Below are positions 11,884 through 23,120 of a stretch of DNA of 64,000 nucleotides, one piece after another. Under the pieces are notes generated by a model. The model searched no databases. It saw nothing but the letters and a program-made list of their open reading frames with translations, and was not told the origin of the DNA. The position numbers were made by a program, and so were the translations under genes. Source of the stretch: Zancudomyces culisetae HAW-14-8 (lineage: Eukaryota > Fungi > Kickxellomycota); the NCBI GenBank assembly GCA_052426225.1, contig JBNJNM010000011.1:3658001-3722000 (forward strand), in the 5' to 3' direction. How positions within the stretch are numbered: the first letter of the stretch is position 1; each line of letters begins with the position of its first letter.

Positions 11884-13456
11884 ATGAACAGAATACTACT
11901 ACATTCAAGACCAATCTTGCATGGAAATGCACGAATAAAGTTGCTTCAAAATTCGGCCTTTTCGACAACTTCTACTTTCCAAAAACAAGCAAATGCACAC
12001 TGTAGAGCGTTGGTGTTTCCGGGACAGGGTTCACAATATATAGGCATGGGATTGGATCTATACAAGAATTTTAAATCATCCAGGATGGTCTTTGAGGAAG
12101 TCGATGAAGCCCTGAAATTTTCACTGTCAAAGCTGTTTTTTGAGGGAAAATTTGTAAGTCGATGAGTCAATGTAAACCTTTACTTGAAGATTGAGCAAAA
12201 ATGGTTTTTGATGATCACGCTTTTCACTATTTTTATTTGAAAAGGCTTGAGTATACTTTGAGGAAAAGGGTTTACCTGGACTTTTTTGTATTTTTTTTTG
12301 CAGCTTTGTGAGTATAAATGTGGTCGATTTTAGTGTTTATAAGTACAATGCATGAATGATACAGGTTGTAGAAGGAATGGTATGTGGTATTTACGAGAAT
12401 TGCTGACTAATTATAACTGTTTATGTTCAATAATATTTATAGGAGGAGCTAAAACGAACAGAAAACGCACAGCCAGCTATAGTAGCAGTCGGGATTGCAG
12501 TACTTTCCGCGCTAAAGGAAGTGACAGGAATGGATACTGAGGACATGTTTAAATATACTCTGGGTCATTCAGTAGGAGAATACACAGCACTGATAGCTGC
12601 AGGTTCATTGCCGTTAGACCAAGGCGTCCGATTAGTTCAATTAAGAGGGCAAGCTATGAAAGAGGCAGTGGAAGGATTGGATACCACAATGGTTGCGTTA
12701 ATATTTCGTGATGGTGATGCGACCATCAATGCCATCCAGGAAAAAGTCAGGGAAATCCAGGAGAAATTGCTAACTTCTACGCATACCAGCATGGATGTAG
12801 GTCCGAACGCACTTGATACTAGTGACTTGGTTGTGCAGGTAGCTACAATCAACACTAGCAACCAGATTACACTAAGTGGAAATCGAAAAGCCGTCGATTT
12901 TGCCATTCAAAAACTACAAGAGAGCAGGATGGCGGTGAGGGCGGCCAAGCTACCAGTAGCGTAAGTTTGATTATTAGTGCTAATACCACGCTGGTTACTT
13001 TTACTGATATTTTTATAGAGATAAGAATTGTTTTATTCAAAACAAGGTTTTTTTTTAAATTTACCTTAATTTATGATACTAAATCATAGGGCGCCATTTC
13101 ATTGTAAATTATTGCTTCCAGCGGCAAAAAGATTGGAATCGGTGGTAAACGACAAGGATAAGGTCACATTTAGCAAGCCAAAGATCGCTATAATAGCCAA
13201 TGTGACAGGATTGCCTGTTGAGGATCCTACACTAATTCCCAACTTATTGGTAACTCAAACGTACACACTCGTTAAATGGCTGGATAGTATCAGATACTTA
13301 AATGGACCTGGTGGGATAACTCGATGGACCTGTACAGGGCCCACACCAGTCATGGGAAATATGATTCGTAGAGAATTTCCTTCTGCAATTGTCAGAATCT
13401 TGGAAAAGTCTAACCAGATAATTGAGTTTGAAAAGATTTTGAATGCAAAGTCGTAG
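11884..13456 (+). CDS. MCT1: Mitochondrial malonyl-CoA:ACP transacylase; exons 11884-12153, 12443-12960, 13090-13456 (384 aa)
   Basis: VFPGQGSQ, TENAQPAI, catalytic GHSVGEY and APFH motifs. Two GTAAGT...TAG introns join in frame. The basic, hydroxyl-rich N-terminus resembles a presequence. Confidence 0.93.
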
Positions 13457-14050
13457 ATACTACAGTATTACCATTACCATTACCTTTGTCTTTATCTTTT
13501 GTCTTTGACATATTTTTTCCTTTTATTTATTACTTTTCACCACTTTCATCCCCAATCCCCTTCCACCACACCATTTTTAGCCAAAAAAGCTTAGATTTAA
13601 TAAATTGATCTAGTAAATCCAGTAAATATTGTGTGGTTACATACATAACATATCCATAAAACACACCTTCTCGCTTATTACGACCAAGTCCATTACCACT
13701 TTATTAACACTATTATTATACCACGGACTGACTAAAATATTGGCTGCTACAAAGTTCATTTAAATGTTTATCCAGCTTTAGGATTTTACACTACTTTCAC
13801 TTTATCAAATGAACACAATAATGATTCTGATTTATGACTAGGGGGTGTCACTAGCCTTCTTTATCTGCACCCACAACCGCATTCACATCCATATCCACAT
13901 CCACACCCACATTCGCACTCGCATGTCACACTTTTCCTTTTTTTTCCCTTTGAAATAAAAAGTTAATAAAAAAAACAGATAGAAACTAACAACAACATAA
14001 ACAATAAAATATGAACAGTAATATTAACAAGTGAAATAAATTATACCAAA

Positions 14051-16038
14051 TCAACTCAACTTCCACCTACTCAAACAGTCCCTAGAAATACTCGAATACT
14101 GAAACGCTGGAACTGCATTAGAACGATGATCCAAAACCTTACAAACTAGCTCCAGCATTTTCTGGACCAACAGCCCTATTTCAATGTTTGCTGAATAAAT
14201 GGATTTGAAAAAGACCGAGTTTCTTCGATAAAACTCAACAAATTGAGGATTGTTGCTCCTACCCCGATCGTTTTGGTTAATGCTATTTCCAAATAAACTA
14301 TTGATCATCAACTTTTTTCGATGTTTTTTAGTTTTCTCTTCTGAACCGCGCCTCCCACTAAGTCCCGTATCTCCCAGGCCCTCATCGTCATTCAGAATGT
14401 TGAATAGCTCCAAAGGATTGGACTCCGCCTTTTCTATATTGTCCAAATACAACTCTGTAAAATAATCCAAAAGCTTCTCTCGAATGGCTTTGTTCCTGGT
14501 ATATCCAACACACACCAGGTACCTACTCTCGTCAAATGGGAGGCTTGAAACAGGCTTCACTAGCTTTGATTCCTTAAATAATGTGTACAATATAAATACA
14601 ACCTCGCTAACCACTAAAAAATTGCAGTTCTCCAACTTCATAACCAGCGTCCCATCATCAGCCATACTACTAAGCACCAGGATTAAAAGCTGAAGTAGAT
14701 GCATTACTACCTCCGAATTGATATGGTCGTGATGCGTATTTAGCTTCTGTGAGTACCTTGATGCTAAATTAGCCAATATCACACTATTTTTTCGTTTTCG
14801 ACTCTCTCTGGCACCTTGTTCGTTTGTGTCTCCAACATCATCCGCAAAGCTCTCACATATTTTTTCCACAAAATTTTCTATTTACGTTAAAAACGTTACA
14901 TTAGTTCCCATCATGTTTACTATGTAACATTATGCTTATTTACCTGGTTTACTAAATATTATCCTCTTGCCATCACCAACAAATGCTTGGCTCGTTTTTT
15001 CTTTGGCAATCTGTATATCAATCATCTCATTTTTGACGTTTGCCTGCTCACCCCGATAACTAAAATACTCTCCAAGCCTTCCATTGGAATCATCAACCAC
15101 CAACTCCGAAATGGTTCTCAATTTTCGAACTTCATCTCCTATAAGCTTCAATTCACTATCTAGCTCTGCTAGCTCAACCGTTTCCTCATACTTAAAGTTC
15201 AGCTTTCCAATTTCTGAAAACTCGTTGACTTTTTTCATCGCATGCTCGCTTGCAGTGGTCGGTGCCCTCAAGACACTCTCCTATGATTAGATGTTGCATA
15301 TTATGTCAATATACTCCCCTTTCATACTATTTCATCTCTTATTTTCAAGTATCAAACCTCAAAATCTCTTACCTTGAGTTTTCTCAACCGTGCTTCAAAG
15401 GCTCGATCGAACAAATAGTCTTCGACATTCAAATCCTATTTTTATGCACAGCCAGGTTTTAAAAGTTTTGTATTAGTATACCCATATTTAATTGAGTTAT
15501 TATTAACAAGCCCTTTGTAATTCAAACTTACATCTTCATTTGCATATCTGGGGCTCAAGTGTTGAAAAAACTCTTCCACATCATATGGGTATTGCCCCAA
15601 ATCCTTAATTAACATACTTCTGTACTTGATTTGTCTATCAGCATGGTCTGACACACTATTCTCTACCTTCTCGGATTTCGCTACAAAATCTACACTTTTA
15701 TTTTCACCGCGTCTATCACTACCACTACTGGCACCATCGCGATTTATATACTCTCTTCTATCGTCGTATAACCTTTGCCTTTTCTCCGGAATGTTATATC
15801 TTGAACCGTAATCGTTGGGCTTTTCGTATGAATCCGTATATCTAGGATGTCGAGTATATCCGTATTCTCTGTTTGTTCCGCGCCTGGCTTGTTGTATCTC
15901 CATTTTCTTTTTTTGTATATCTTGATAGGTGGGAGGTGGAATTGTGAAATTAAGCTTTTTGTTTTTATATTCTTCGTCATTGTCTATCGCATATCGTAAT
16001 AATTCATTTTGAATATTTTGCATTCTTCTTTTATACAT
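14051..16038 (-). CDS. CMTR1/FtsJ-like cap 2'-O-methyltransferase homologue with degenerate catalytic residues; exons 16038-15532, 15435-15373, 15280-14944, 14877-14051 (about 577 aa, start uncertain)
   Basis: Three GT-AG introns join the three ORFs in frame. Blocks AMKKVNEFSEI, GRLGEYFSYR, DDGTLVMKL and KPVSSLPFDESRYLVCVGY follow the order of CMTR1 motifs ARTRANPYEMI, GGFSEYVLWR, GGxFxCK and KPxTSRPANSERYVVC. Confidence 0.72.
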
Positions 16039-17351
16039 TTTTTTCCATTTCTATAAATATAATTTACGCAAACAACCTACCATTATAAATCGGATCCATT
16101 TTATTATCGAGTCTTGAATATTCTTTTCGATGGCCTTTTGGATGTAAGTGGAGTGGATTTGTATAGTTGTCCAGTATTCTATAATTGAGTGTTTTTTGTT
16201 TTTATTTTTTATTTTTTATTTTATTTACTACAGTTTACAATAAATTATTTGGTGATAGTTAGAAAATTATACTGGAGATTAAAAGTTTTCAATCTACAGT
16301 ATTTATATTTGATATCATTTACTTTTATTTGAGCAAATAATCAAATAAATAAACAAAAAAAAAGGAATTGTATTTATTCATTACACGTTTTTTCCAAAAT
16401 GGCAAACCAAATCAAACCAGGTCAAAAAAAAACTCATGATAAAAACAACACTTCTATTTTTTTTTTCTTGCATATAGCATATACCATATACCAAAAGTGG
16501 TAATTATTTAATTTCGGAATGAAAAAAGGAGTAGGTATGAAGGAAGGGATAATTTTTTCATACAGTTGGAAACAAAAATGTATTGAGAAGTTGGTGCATA
16601 AGAAGAAAAAAACTGCTTCTATTCAAATCGGCGAAAACAAATTTTGGAAAAGAAAAAGAAAAAGAAAAGGAAAAAAAAAGGAAAAAAAAAGGAAAAGATT
16701 AGGTAAAGCAAAGTGGAGAGCAAATGCAGCCTGCACAAGTGATCCAAACATACGAGTATTTGAAAGAGAAAAAAAAAGCTAGAAAACTGCAATATTTGTG
16801 TTTTATGTACATGTATGTAAACTTGTACATACATATATTTAGCTAAACGCATTTGATCATATAATTCCACGTCAGGCATTCCGATGCGAGGTTCCGAAAT
16901 TTCTTTTTTTGCAGAATATTTCAAGTTAGGTGTTTTATCCATGGTTGTGCCAATGGTTAATGGTTGCATAATTGGATCTCCTCAATACTACCATAACCAA
17001 TACTTTTAAAGTTGATTCTTTGCTAATGGTGCCTTTGTTTCGATAATTTATCGACTCTTGAAATTATCGCGAACAATTACATTTTTAATGATTATATTTT
17101 TTTGTTACTGTATTAATATCTGTGTAATGAGAAAATCAAAATCAAAACCAAAATAAAACTAACGAAAATGGTAAAAAAGACGATAATGCACAGTGAGATT
17201 TGCGATTGATTGACCGTTAAAATCCACCAGGACCATGCTTCGAAATTACTGGACTCGGATTATCAATGACATTCTTACCCTTGAAATAGTAATAGTAATA
17301 ACAATAATAAAAAGGAGTACTTCCAAAGAAATTATACCACTACTTGAAAAA

Positions 17352-17382
17352 CTCTTCTCTTCTCTTCTCTTCTCTTCTCTTC
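17352..17382. repeat. (CTTCT)n microsatellite
   Basis: Tandem repeat is directly visible. Confidence 0.85.
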
Positions 17383-18297
17383 AAGTATCAACTTTTTCTA
17401 TCTAGCTATTTCCTAAAACTAGTTGGTTTTTTTTATATAGTTTTGTTTTTGAGTGATAGGATAAATTAAAGGATTTTATAGTTTGCTTGTTATTTTTTTA
17501 TCTTACTAGGAACTACTTGTTTTGAAATGGTATTTTTAAGCATACGGATATGCATCAATAGTTTAGGTATTAGCTATAAATGTTTATAACCAATATCAGC
17601 AATTTTATTTACTTTAATGACCTTTTTCAGACATTTTGCTTATACTTACAAGTGATATTTTTCTTTTAAAATTAATCTATAAGAAAGGAGATGAATGTAT
17701 ACATGACCTTACACTTAACTTGAATACGTATGTTATTTTGTAAAATATTTCCTACAAACCGAGCAATTGTGTTCAAAATGGATTCATCATAAGAAAGACT
17801 CGTACTATTTATTAAGCTATGTTTTGTATGAGTATGAAATTCTTTACTGTGGAGTTTAAAGGGGAAGGAGAAACAGGGGGAAAGGAGGAGGCGAGGAGGG
17901 GGGGGGGGTATGTATTTAATGTAAACTAATTTATTATTTCAACTGTATTTGGGACATTGGTATCATATATTACCCAAAAATAACAATAGAAAATACAAGG
18001 TTTATCATACATGAATAATACTATGAAATAAACATGTTTTACTATTTGCATTTTGATGTAATGTATCCCTTAGTTTCTACTTTTTTAATGACTTTTTCAT
18101 AATTGCAGAAAATGGAGTATGAAGGAATAAGAAATAAGGAATAAGGAGTTTGGAAAGGAAAAAGTATAAATGGGTTCAAAAAGCTTCCTTACACATTTTC
18201 CTCTCACCATCAACTTTAAAGTAAACAAATACATCAACAACTCTTGATTAAAAGTATATTCCAAAAAAAAAAGCAAAAGACAAAAAAAAGAAAAAGA

Positions 18298-18615
18298 ATG
18301 TGTACCAAAACTTTTACATTGCTTTTCATCGGATTACTTGCTGTAACTTCAATTGAATCGGTGTATGGAAGAATGAATCAGCAGTATGGTGGTGAACAAG
18401 GAAATGTTGAGTATCAACATGATAATTACAATACATACGGAAAAGGTAATAACTATGGGCATAAGGTCCCAGAAAATGTTTACCAGTACAAAGAAAATGG
18501 TAAAAGTTATTATAAACCAAGTACACCAAAATTTGGAGGATACAATGAATACATACAGCAAAAAGAATACAAAAATAAAGTGAATGATCAAAGTGAAGGT
18601 GAAGGTCAAGGTGAA

Positions 18616-18654
<39 letters not shown>

Positions 18655-18915
18655 AAAGGTGGAGATGGAGGTGGAGGTAAAGGTGAAGGTCAAAGTGGAG
18701 ACAAGTATCTGGGTGGACATGATGGTACCGTTGGACTATTCAAAAGGGCTGTTGCCTACTTGGGTGGACCATGTTCAGGAAATGAACATTTCTGCGCATT
18801 AGGGTATACTGGGTATTACCAATGTAAGGAATACCAATATGTATACAGAGATTGTGGAGCTGGAACTAGGTGTAGGTCTGGACCTGAAGGTGAAAACCTT
18901 GGTTGCGATTATTAA
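18298..18915 (+). CDS. Small secreted protein (205 aa): signal peptide, Tyr/Gly/Gln/Lys-rich region, (GQ)n linker, KR site and C-terminal six-Cys CBM19-like domain
   Basis: ATG at 18298 follows an A-rich leader, with TATAAA near 18165. Hydrophobic N-terminus FTLLFIGLLAVTS. C-terminus C-x6-C-x9-C-x9-CGAGTRC-x10-C. Confidence 0.82.
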
Positions 18916-19220
18916 TCAATCAATCAACCAAATCAACCTAATCAATTGATCCACAATGTAGCTATTTCTCATTTTTTTGCAAAAAAAAAATAAAGATCGA
19001 TGAAGGGATTTTTTTATTTTTTATTTATTCTTCATTTATGTTTTATAACTGAAATATCTTAATAAACCAATATAAATGCCAAAAAAAAAAACAAAAATTA
19101 AAAAAGTCTAATATAATCTAAAAATTAAAAAAACCCCCCAGGTTATTGAGAAAATGGGAATGAATAAATATACTCTGAAATATTACTAGGAGATATTTTA
19201 GTACCACTGCCGTCAGACTC

Positions 19221-22214
19221 TTAGTTTTTCGTAGAATTCTTCCCACCACCATTCCTCAAAAACTCGGTCAAATAATCTATAACCCTAAGCAAAGTATCAT
19301 CAGAATCTTGATAAACATTGTCAAATGTAGATACACATAAATGGTTGTTTGGTTGTTTGGAAGCCTTTCCAGGTGAATCGTCAAGTAAAAGAGTGTTTGA
19401 AGAATTCCATTTAGAATTCCACTCACGTTTCCCATTACTATTGCTATTACTACTAGGAATCCTTGTGGTAGTGAAATTTAGATTGTCATCTTGCGGATGT
19501 GAATAATAATAATGAGTATTCTTGTACAGCGATTTGAATGCTGATTGGCTCAAATCGAACCCGTTCCAAATAGATTCCAAATCCTTGATGGTTTTAGATT
19601 TCATAAAGTATTGACCAAACAACAAACCTTCATTTTCCAATGTGGCGGGAATAACATCGTCAAGATTAAAATCCACAACCGAAGGAGTAACACTTTGAGT
19701 ATCGGAATCAATTGGAGAAGTATCGTAGGGAGAATAATTAGTTATTGGAGTAGTAGATTTAGGACGAATGAAGTGGCAGTATCGTCTATCCCAAATCGCA
19801 GCCAACTGCTCAATCTGTTGCTGATTTTCATTAAAAATAGAACGAACCATTTTGGCTACATTCATTGGCTGCGCAGAACTCCATACCATCACTGCAAAGT
19901 TTTGTAGTGCAAACGAAAGAAATTCATCGAGATATGGACGTTTTGTTATTCTTTTTGATTTCTTGCTTCTGTGTACCAAAGTTCCATTTAAATCCAAAAC
20001 CAACAGATATTTCTTATCTTCAGGTTGCTTGACTACCGAATAGTTATTATAGTTTGGAATATATTCAACTGAAAGATTTCCTTGTCTCTTTTGTTGTTCT
20101 TTTGTATTATAATTGAAACCTTTAGAATCATTTTCACTTTCATTTTCATTTACATTTGTATAATTGTCGATCTCATCTACTTTGCCCCATTTATCAAAAG
20201 CTGCCGCCGCATCGGATGTAAAAGTAGAATTAGAATTATAATTAGAGTTAGAAACTATGTTAGTGTCAGTATCTTTTCTGTCTCGCTCATTATAATAGTC
20301 ATAATATTTTCCATGTTTTTTCTTCATTCTACTTTCGTATCCCTCATATCTGGTAGTATTTTTATATGAACTTCCACTATCATTGTATCGGTTAGACGAA
20401 CTATACTCGCCACTATAACCATCAACTTTGGCATACCTATCCGAGCTGCTTTGACCATAATATCCATTATTATCATTATTTATATCATTATGATTATTAC
20501 GATCATTGCTATTATCATTATTGTCATAGTCATCAAAGCGTTTGTGATACGGTCTAGAAGGTGGTTTTTGGGATTTGCTGTGATAGTACGATTTTGCTGT
20601 CGAGTCTGTATATTTGGTATATGGATGCGACGAGTCGAAGCCACTCGAAGATCTTAGGGAATACCTGTGTGTGTTTTCTGTTCTTGATACTCTGTTAGTG
20701 CTATTACTTCCAGTATTCCATGACGTTGGTGATGCATAATCATCGTAGTCTTTGTAGTTGTCGTACTTGTAGTGTTCATCATATCCAGCGTATCTTGTAC
20801 TCTTTTCATGTTTGTTGGTATTGATATTGACATTATCATACCTTTCACTTTTGTCATATCTATCATACCTTTCGTATGTATCATACCGACCATCATAATA
20901 TCCTTTATGATTTTTATCATAATCTCGATTTGCTCGGGTACTGTTATATTCCTTTTCACTATATTCACGTCTAGGGTAATGTGAAGATGATGAAGATGCT
21001 GGTTGGGGTGGGAGTGGGAGTGATGATCGTGGTGGATATAATACATCTCGTTGGCTTTTCTTATCATTACTACTTCTTGCACGGTAGTCACGGTTTCTCT
21101 CATCCATGGTATGGTTATAATAGCGGTCTTCATAGTGCTCATTGCGGTATTCTACATATTTGCCTCTTCGATGATTATCCGCGTAATACTTGTAATAATC
21201 CTCATCTTTGTTGTGATACTCAGTTTTATATACACTTGTGGATGAAGGTAATTTCCGTGTATACTCGTCGTCACGTGAGGTGTTGTGTATATTCTTGTTT
21301 TGTGAATATGATCTTTGGTTCTTTTGAGTACTGGTATTATTATAATAATCATCTTTAAAAGTTTTGTTCTCTGGAAGTCTTGGTGAAGGGTCGGTAAATT
21401 CTTTACTTGGTCGGTCGTTCCATGTATCACTCAACCAACCATCATTATTACTCTTATCCTTATCCTTATCCTTATCCTTATTATTAGTATTGATGTCAAT
21501 GGATTTATTTTCTGTGTGAGTTTGGATTTTGTGTTTTGGTTTTTTGTTACCACTCAATCTCGATTCGTTTTCCTCTACTACTTTTACTTTTACTTTTTCG
21601 TTTTCATTTTCTACTGGTTGTACATTGACGTTTTCCACATTTTTCTTTATAGAAAGTTGTGACCTTGATCTATACGTAAACGATCCATAATCATCATATT
21701 CACCACCATATCCGCGTGTATGTGAGTACTCGTGTTCCTTTGAAGGTTCATAACTCTGGATGTAATTTCCCTTTTTCCCGACTTTTTCTCTTTCTCTTCC
21801 TCCTCCTCTTTCTTGTTGTTGTTCTTGGACAAGTGTTTCTGGATCAAAGTTTTTAATTCTTTCACTGTTTACATATTGCAAACAAGTATTCGTACTCGTA
21901 TTCGTAAATGTGTTCGTGTTCGTGTTCTTACTCTTATCCTTATTGGTATTGATATTGGTAATATTATCCTTGTTTTCGTGACTGGCCAGATCCTTGCCAT
22001 CTTGCATTACGCGTTTTGCCAAGCCCTTTATATTTGTGATTATTGGTTTTTTTCCTCCTTGCATTTTGTTTTGTTGTATTGTTTGGTCTTCAACACCCAA
22101 ATAGTAATAGTTGTTGTTGTTGTTGTTGTTGTTAGATAGAACTCGTTTGTGGATTTGTAGTATTCGAAATCTAGTTTGAATCTTTTCTAAACCTCCAACA
22201 CGTACAAAATTCAT
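19221..22214 (-). CDS. FCP1/NIF-family HAD domain protein with a long disordered N-terminus, 997 aa
   Basis: LLVLDLNGTLVHR, KRPYLDEFL, VMVWSSAQ, IWDR, IKDL and NTLLLDDSPGK motifs near the C-terminus. Confidence 0.88.
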   Translation of the reverse strand: MNFVRVGGLEKIQTRFRILQIHKRVLSNNNNNNNNYYYLGVEDQTIQQNKMQGGKKPIITNIKGLAKRVMQDGKDLASHENKDNITNINTNKDKSKNTNTNTFTNTSTNTCLQYVNSERIKNFDPETLVQEQQQERGGGREREKVGKKGNYIQSYEPSKEHEYSHTRGYGGEYDDYGSFTYRSRSQLSIKKNVENVNVQPVENENEKVKVKVVEENESRLSGNKKPKHKIQTHTENKSIDINTNNKDKDKDKDKSNNDGWLSDTWNDRPSKEFTDPSPRLPENKTFKDDYYNNTSTQKNQRSYSQNKNIHNTSRDDEYTRKLPSSTSVYKTEYHNKDEDYYKYYADNHRRGKYVEYRNEHYEDRYYNHTMDERNRDYRARSSNDKKSQRDVLYPPRSSLPLPPQPASSSSSHYPRREYSEKEYNSTRANRDYDKNHKGYYDGRYDTYERYDRYDKSERYDNVNINTNKHEKSTRYAGYDEHYKYDNYKDYDDYASPTSWNTGSNSTNRVSRTENTHRYSLRSSSGFDSSHPYTKYTDSTAKSYYHSKSQKPPSRPYHKRFDDYDNNDNSNDRNNHNDINNDNNGYYGQSSSDRYAKVDGYSGEYSSSNRYNDSGSSYKNTTRYEGYESRMKKKHGKYYDYYNERDRKDTDTNIVSNSNYNSNSTFTSDAAAAFDKWGKVDEIDNYTNVNENESENDSKGFNYNTKEQQKRQGNLSVEYIPNYNNYSVVKQPEDKKYLLVLDLNGTLVHRSKKSKRITKRPYLDEFLSFALQNFAVMVWSSAQPMNVAKMVRSIFNENQQQIEQLAAIWDRRYCHFIRPKSTTPITNYSPYDTSPIDSDTQSVTPSVVDFNLDDVIPATLENEGLLFGQYFMKSKTIKDLESIWNGFDLSQSAFKSLYKNTHYYYSHPQDDNLNFTTTRIPSSNSNSNGKREWNSKWNSSNTLLLDDSPGKASKQPNNHLCVSTFDNVYQDSDDTLLRVIDYLTEFLRNGGGKNSTKN

Positions 22215-22416
22215 CCTAGTTTTATATATAAAAGTAATTAAAGATTAGTTAAGGTAAGGTAAAGACAATAGTAAGACAAAAGGAGGTAAGAGAGGAGAAT
22301 TGTGACTTCTAAATCAAATCAAATCAAATCAAATCAAATAATATTGATGAAAATGAAAATGAAAATGAAAATGTATACTTACAGTATCAACAGGCTATGA
22401 AACTCTAAATATTGGT

Positions 22417-22425
22417 CTCGGATTT
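22417..22425 (-). promoter_or_regulatory. Candidate upstream element AAATCCGAG, one of five similar copies
   Basis: About 200 nt upstream of the NIF gene. The same octamer occurs at 17254, 26599, 45035 and 51444. Confidence 0.3.
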
Positions 22426-22536
22426 TTATTATTATTATTTTTTAAAAGCCAAGGGAATTATTTTTTAAGGAAACTACAAGGTTTTGTATAAATGTACATA
22501 TATATGTATTGTATGTATAAAAAGTGTATGTGCGTT

Positions 22537-22635
22537 TTTTATTTATTTCATTTTATTTTATTTTATTTCATTTTATTTTATTTCATTTTATTTTATTTCA
22601 TTTTATTTTATTTCATTTTATTTTATTTTATTTTA
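22537..22635. repeat. (TTTTA/TTTCA)n compound microsatellite
   Basis: Directly visible; (AAATC)n and (GAAAAT)n tracts lie nearby at 22311-22372. Confidence 0.9.
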
Positions 22636-23120
22636 ATTGATTTTAATTGATTTTTGGATACTTTTGCTCATTTTACAATTATTACAAATGAAAAGAAAGA
22701 AAGAAAAAAAAAACATTAGAAAAATTTTTTTTTTTATTTTGACACGAAACCAGGTTTGTTGTCAGATGATTCAATCTATTTTTTGATTCTTTTTTTTTTA
22801 ACCATATTTAGTCAAAATTATCCCTTACATCAAATTATTTAGTCAAATGAATCAAAATAATGACAAGGAAAGGAGGGAGAAGGAGGAGAGGAGAGAAGGG
22901 AAAAAGAGTTGAATGAGTGAGCTTGTGGTTTAACAAAGTTAAAGCGTTAATCAAGGATAGTTTATTTTTATTTTCATTTCTTTACTATCCTTATGCCACT
23001 TTTTATTTTTCCAATCTTCAGAAAAAAAAAAATAAATAATACAAACCATAATATAATGTTGATTTAAAATAAAATAAAATAAATGATGAAAAAGAAAAAA
23101 GAAAAGGAAGGGGGAGGGGT

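Noticed and set aside
12268-12290. TTTACCTGGAC resembling the U1 snRNA 5' end
   Set aside because: Lacks ATACTTACC and the downstream U1 stem-loops; it lies in an ordinary MCT1 intron.
16051-16080. 30-nt GTAGGT...ATAG mini-intron upstream of the CMTR-like ATG
   Set aside because: Much shorter than other introns here and not needed for the model; the true 5' end stays unresolved.
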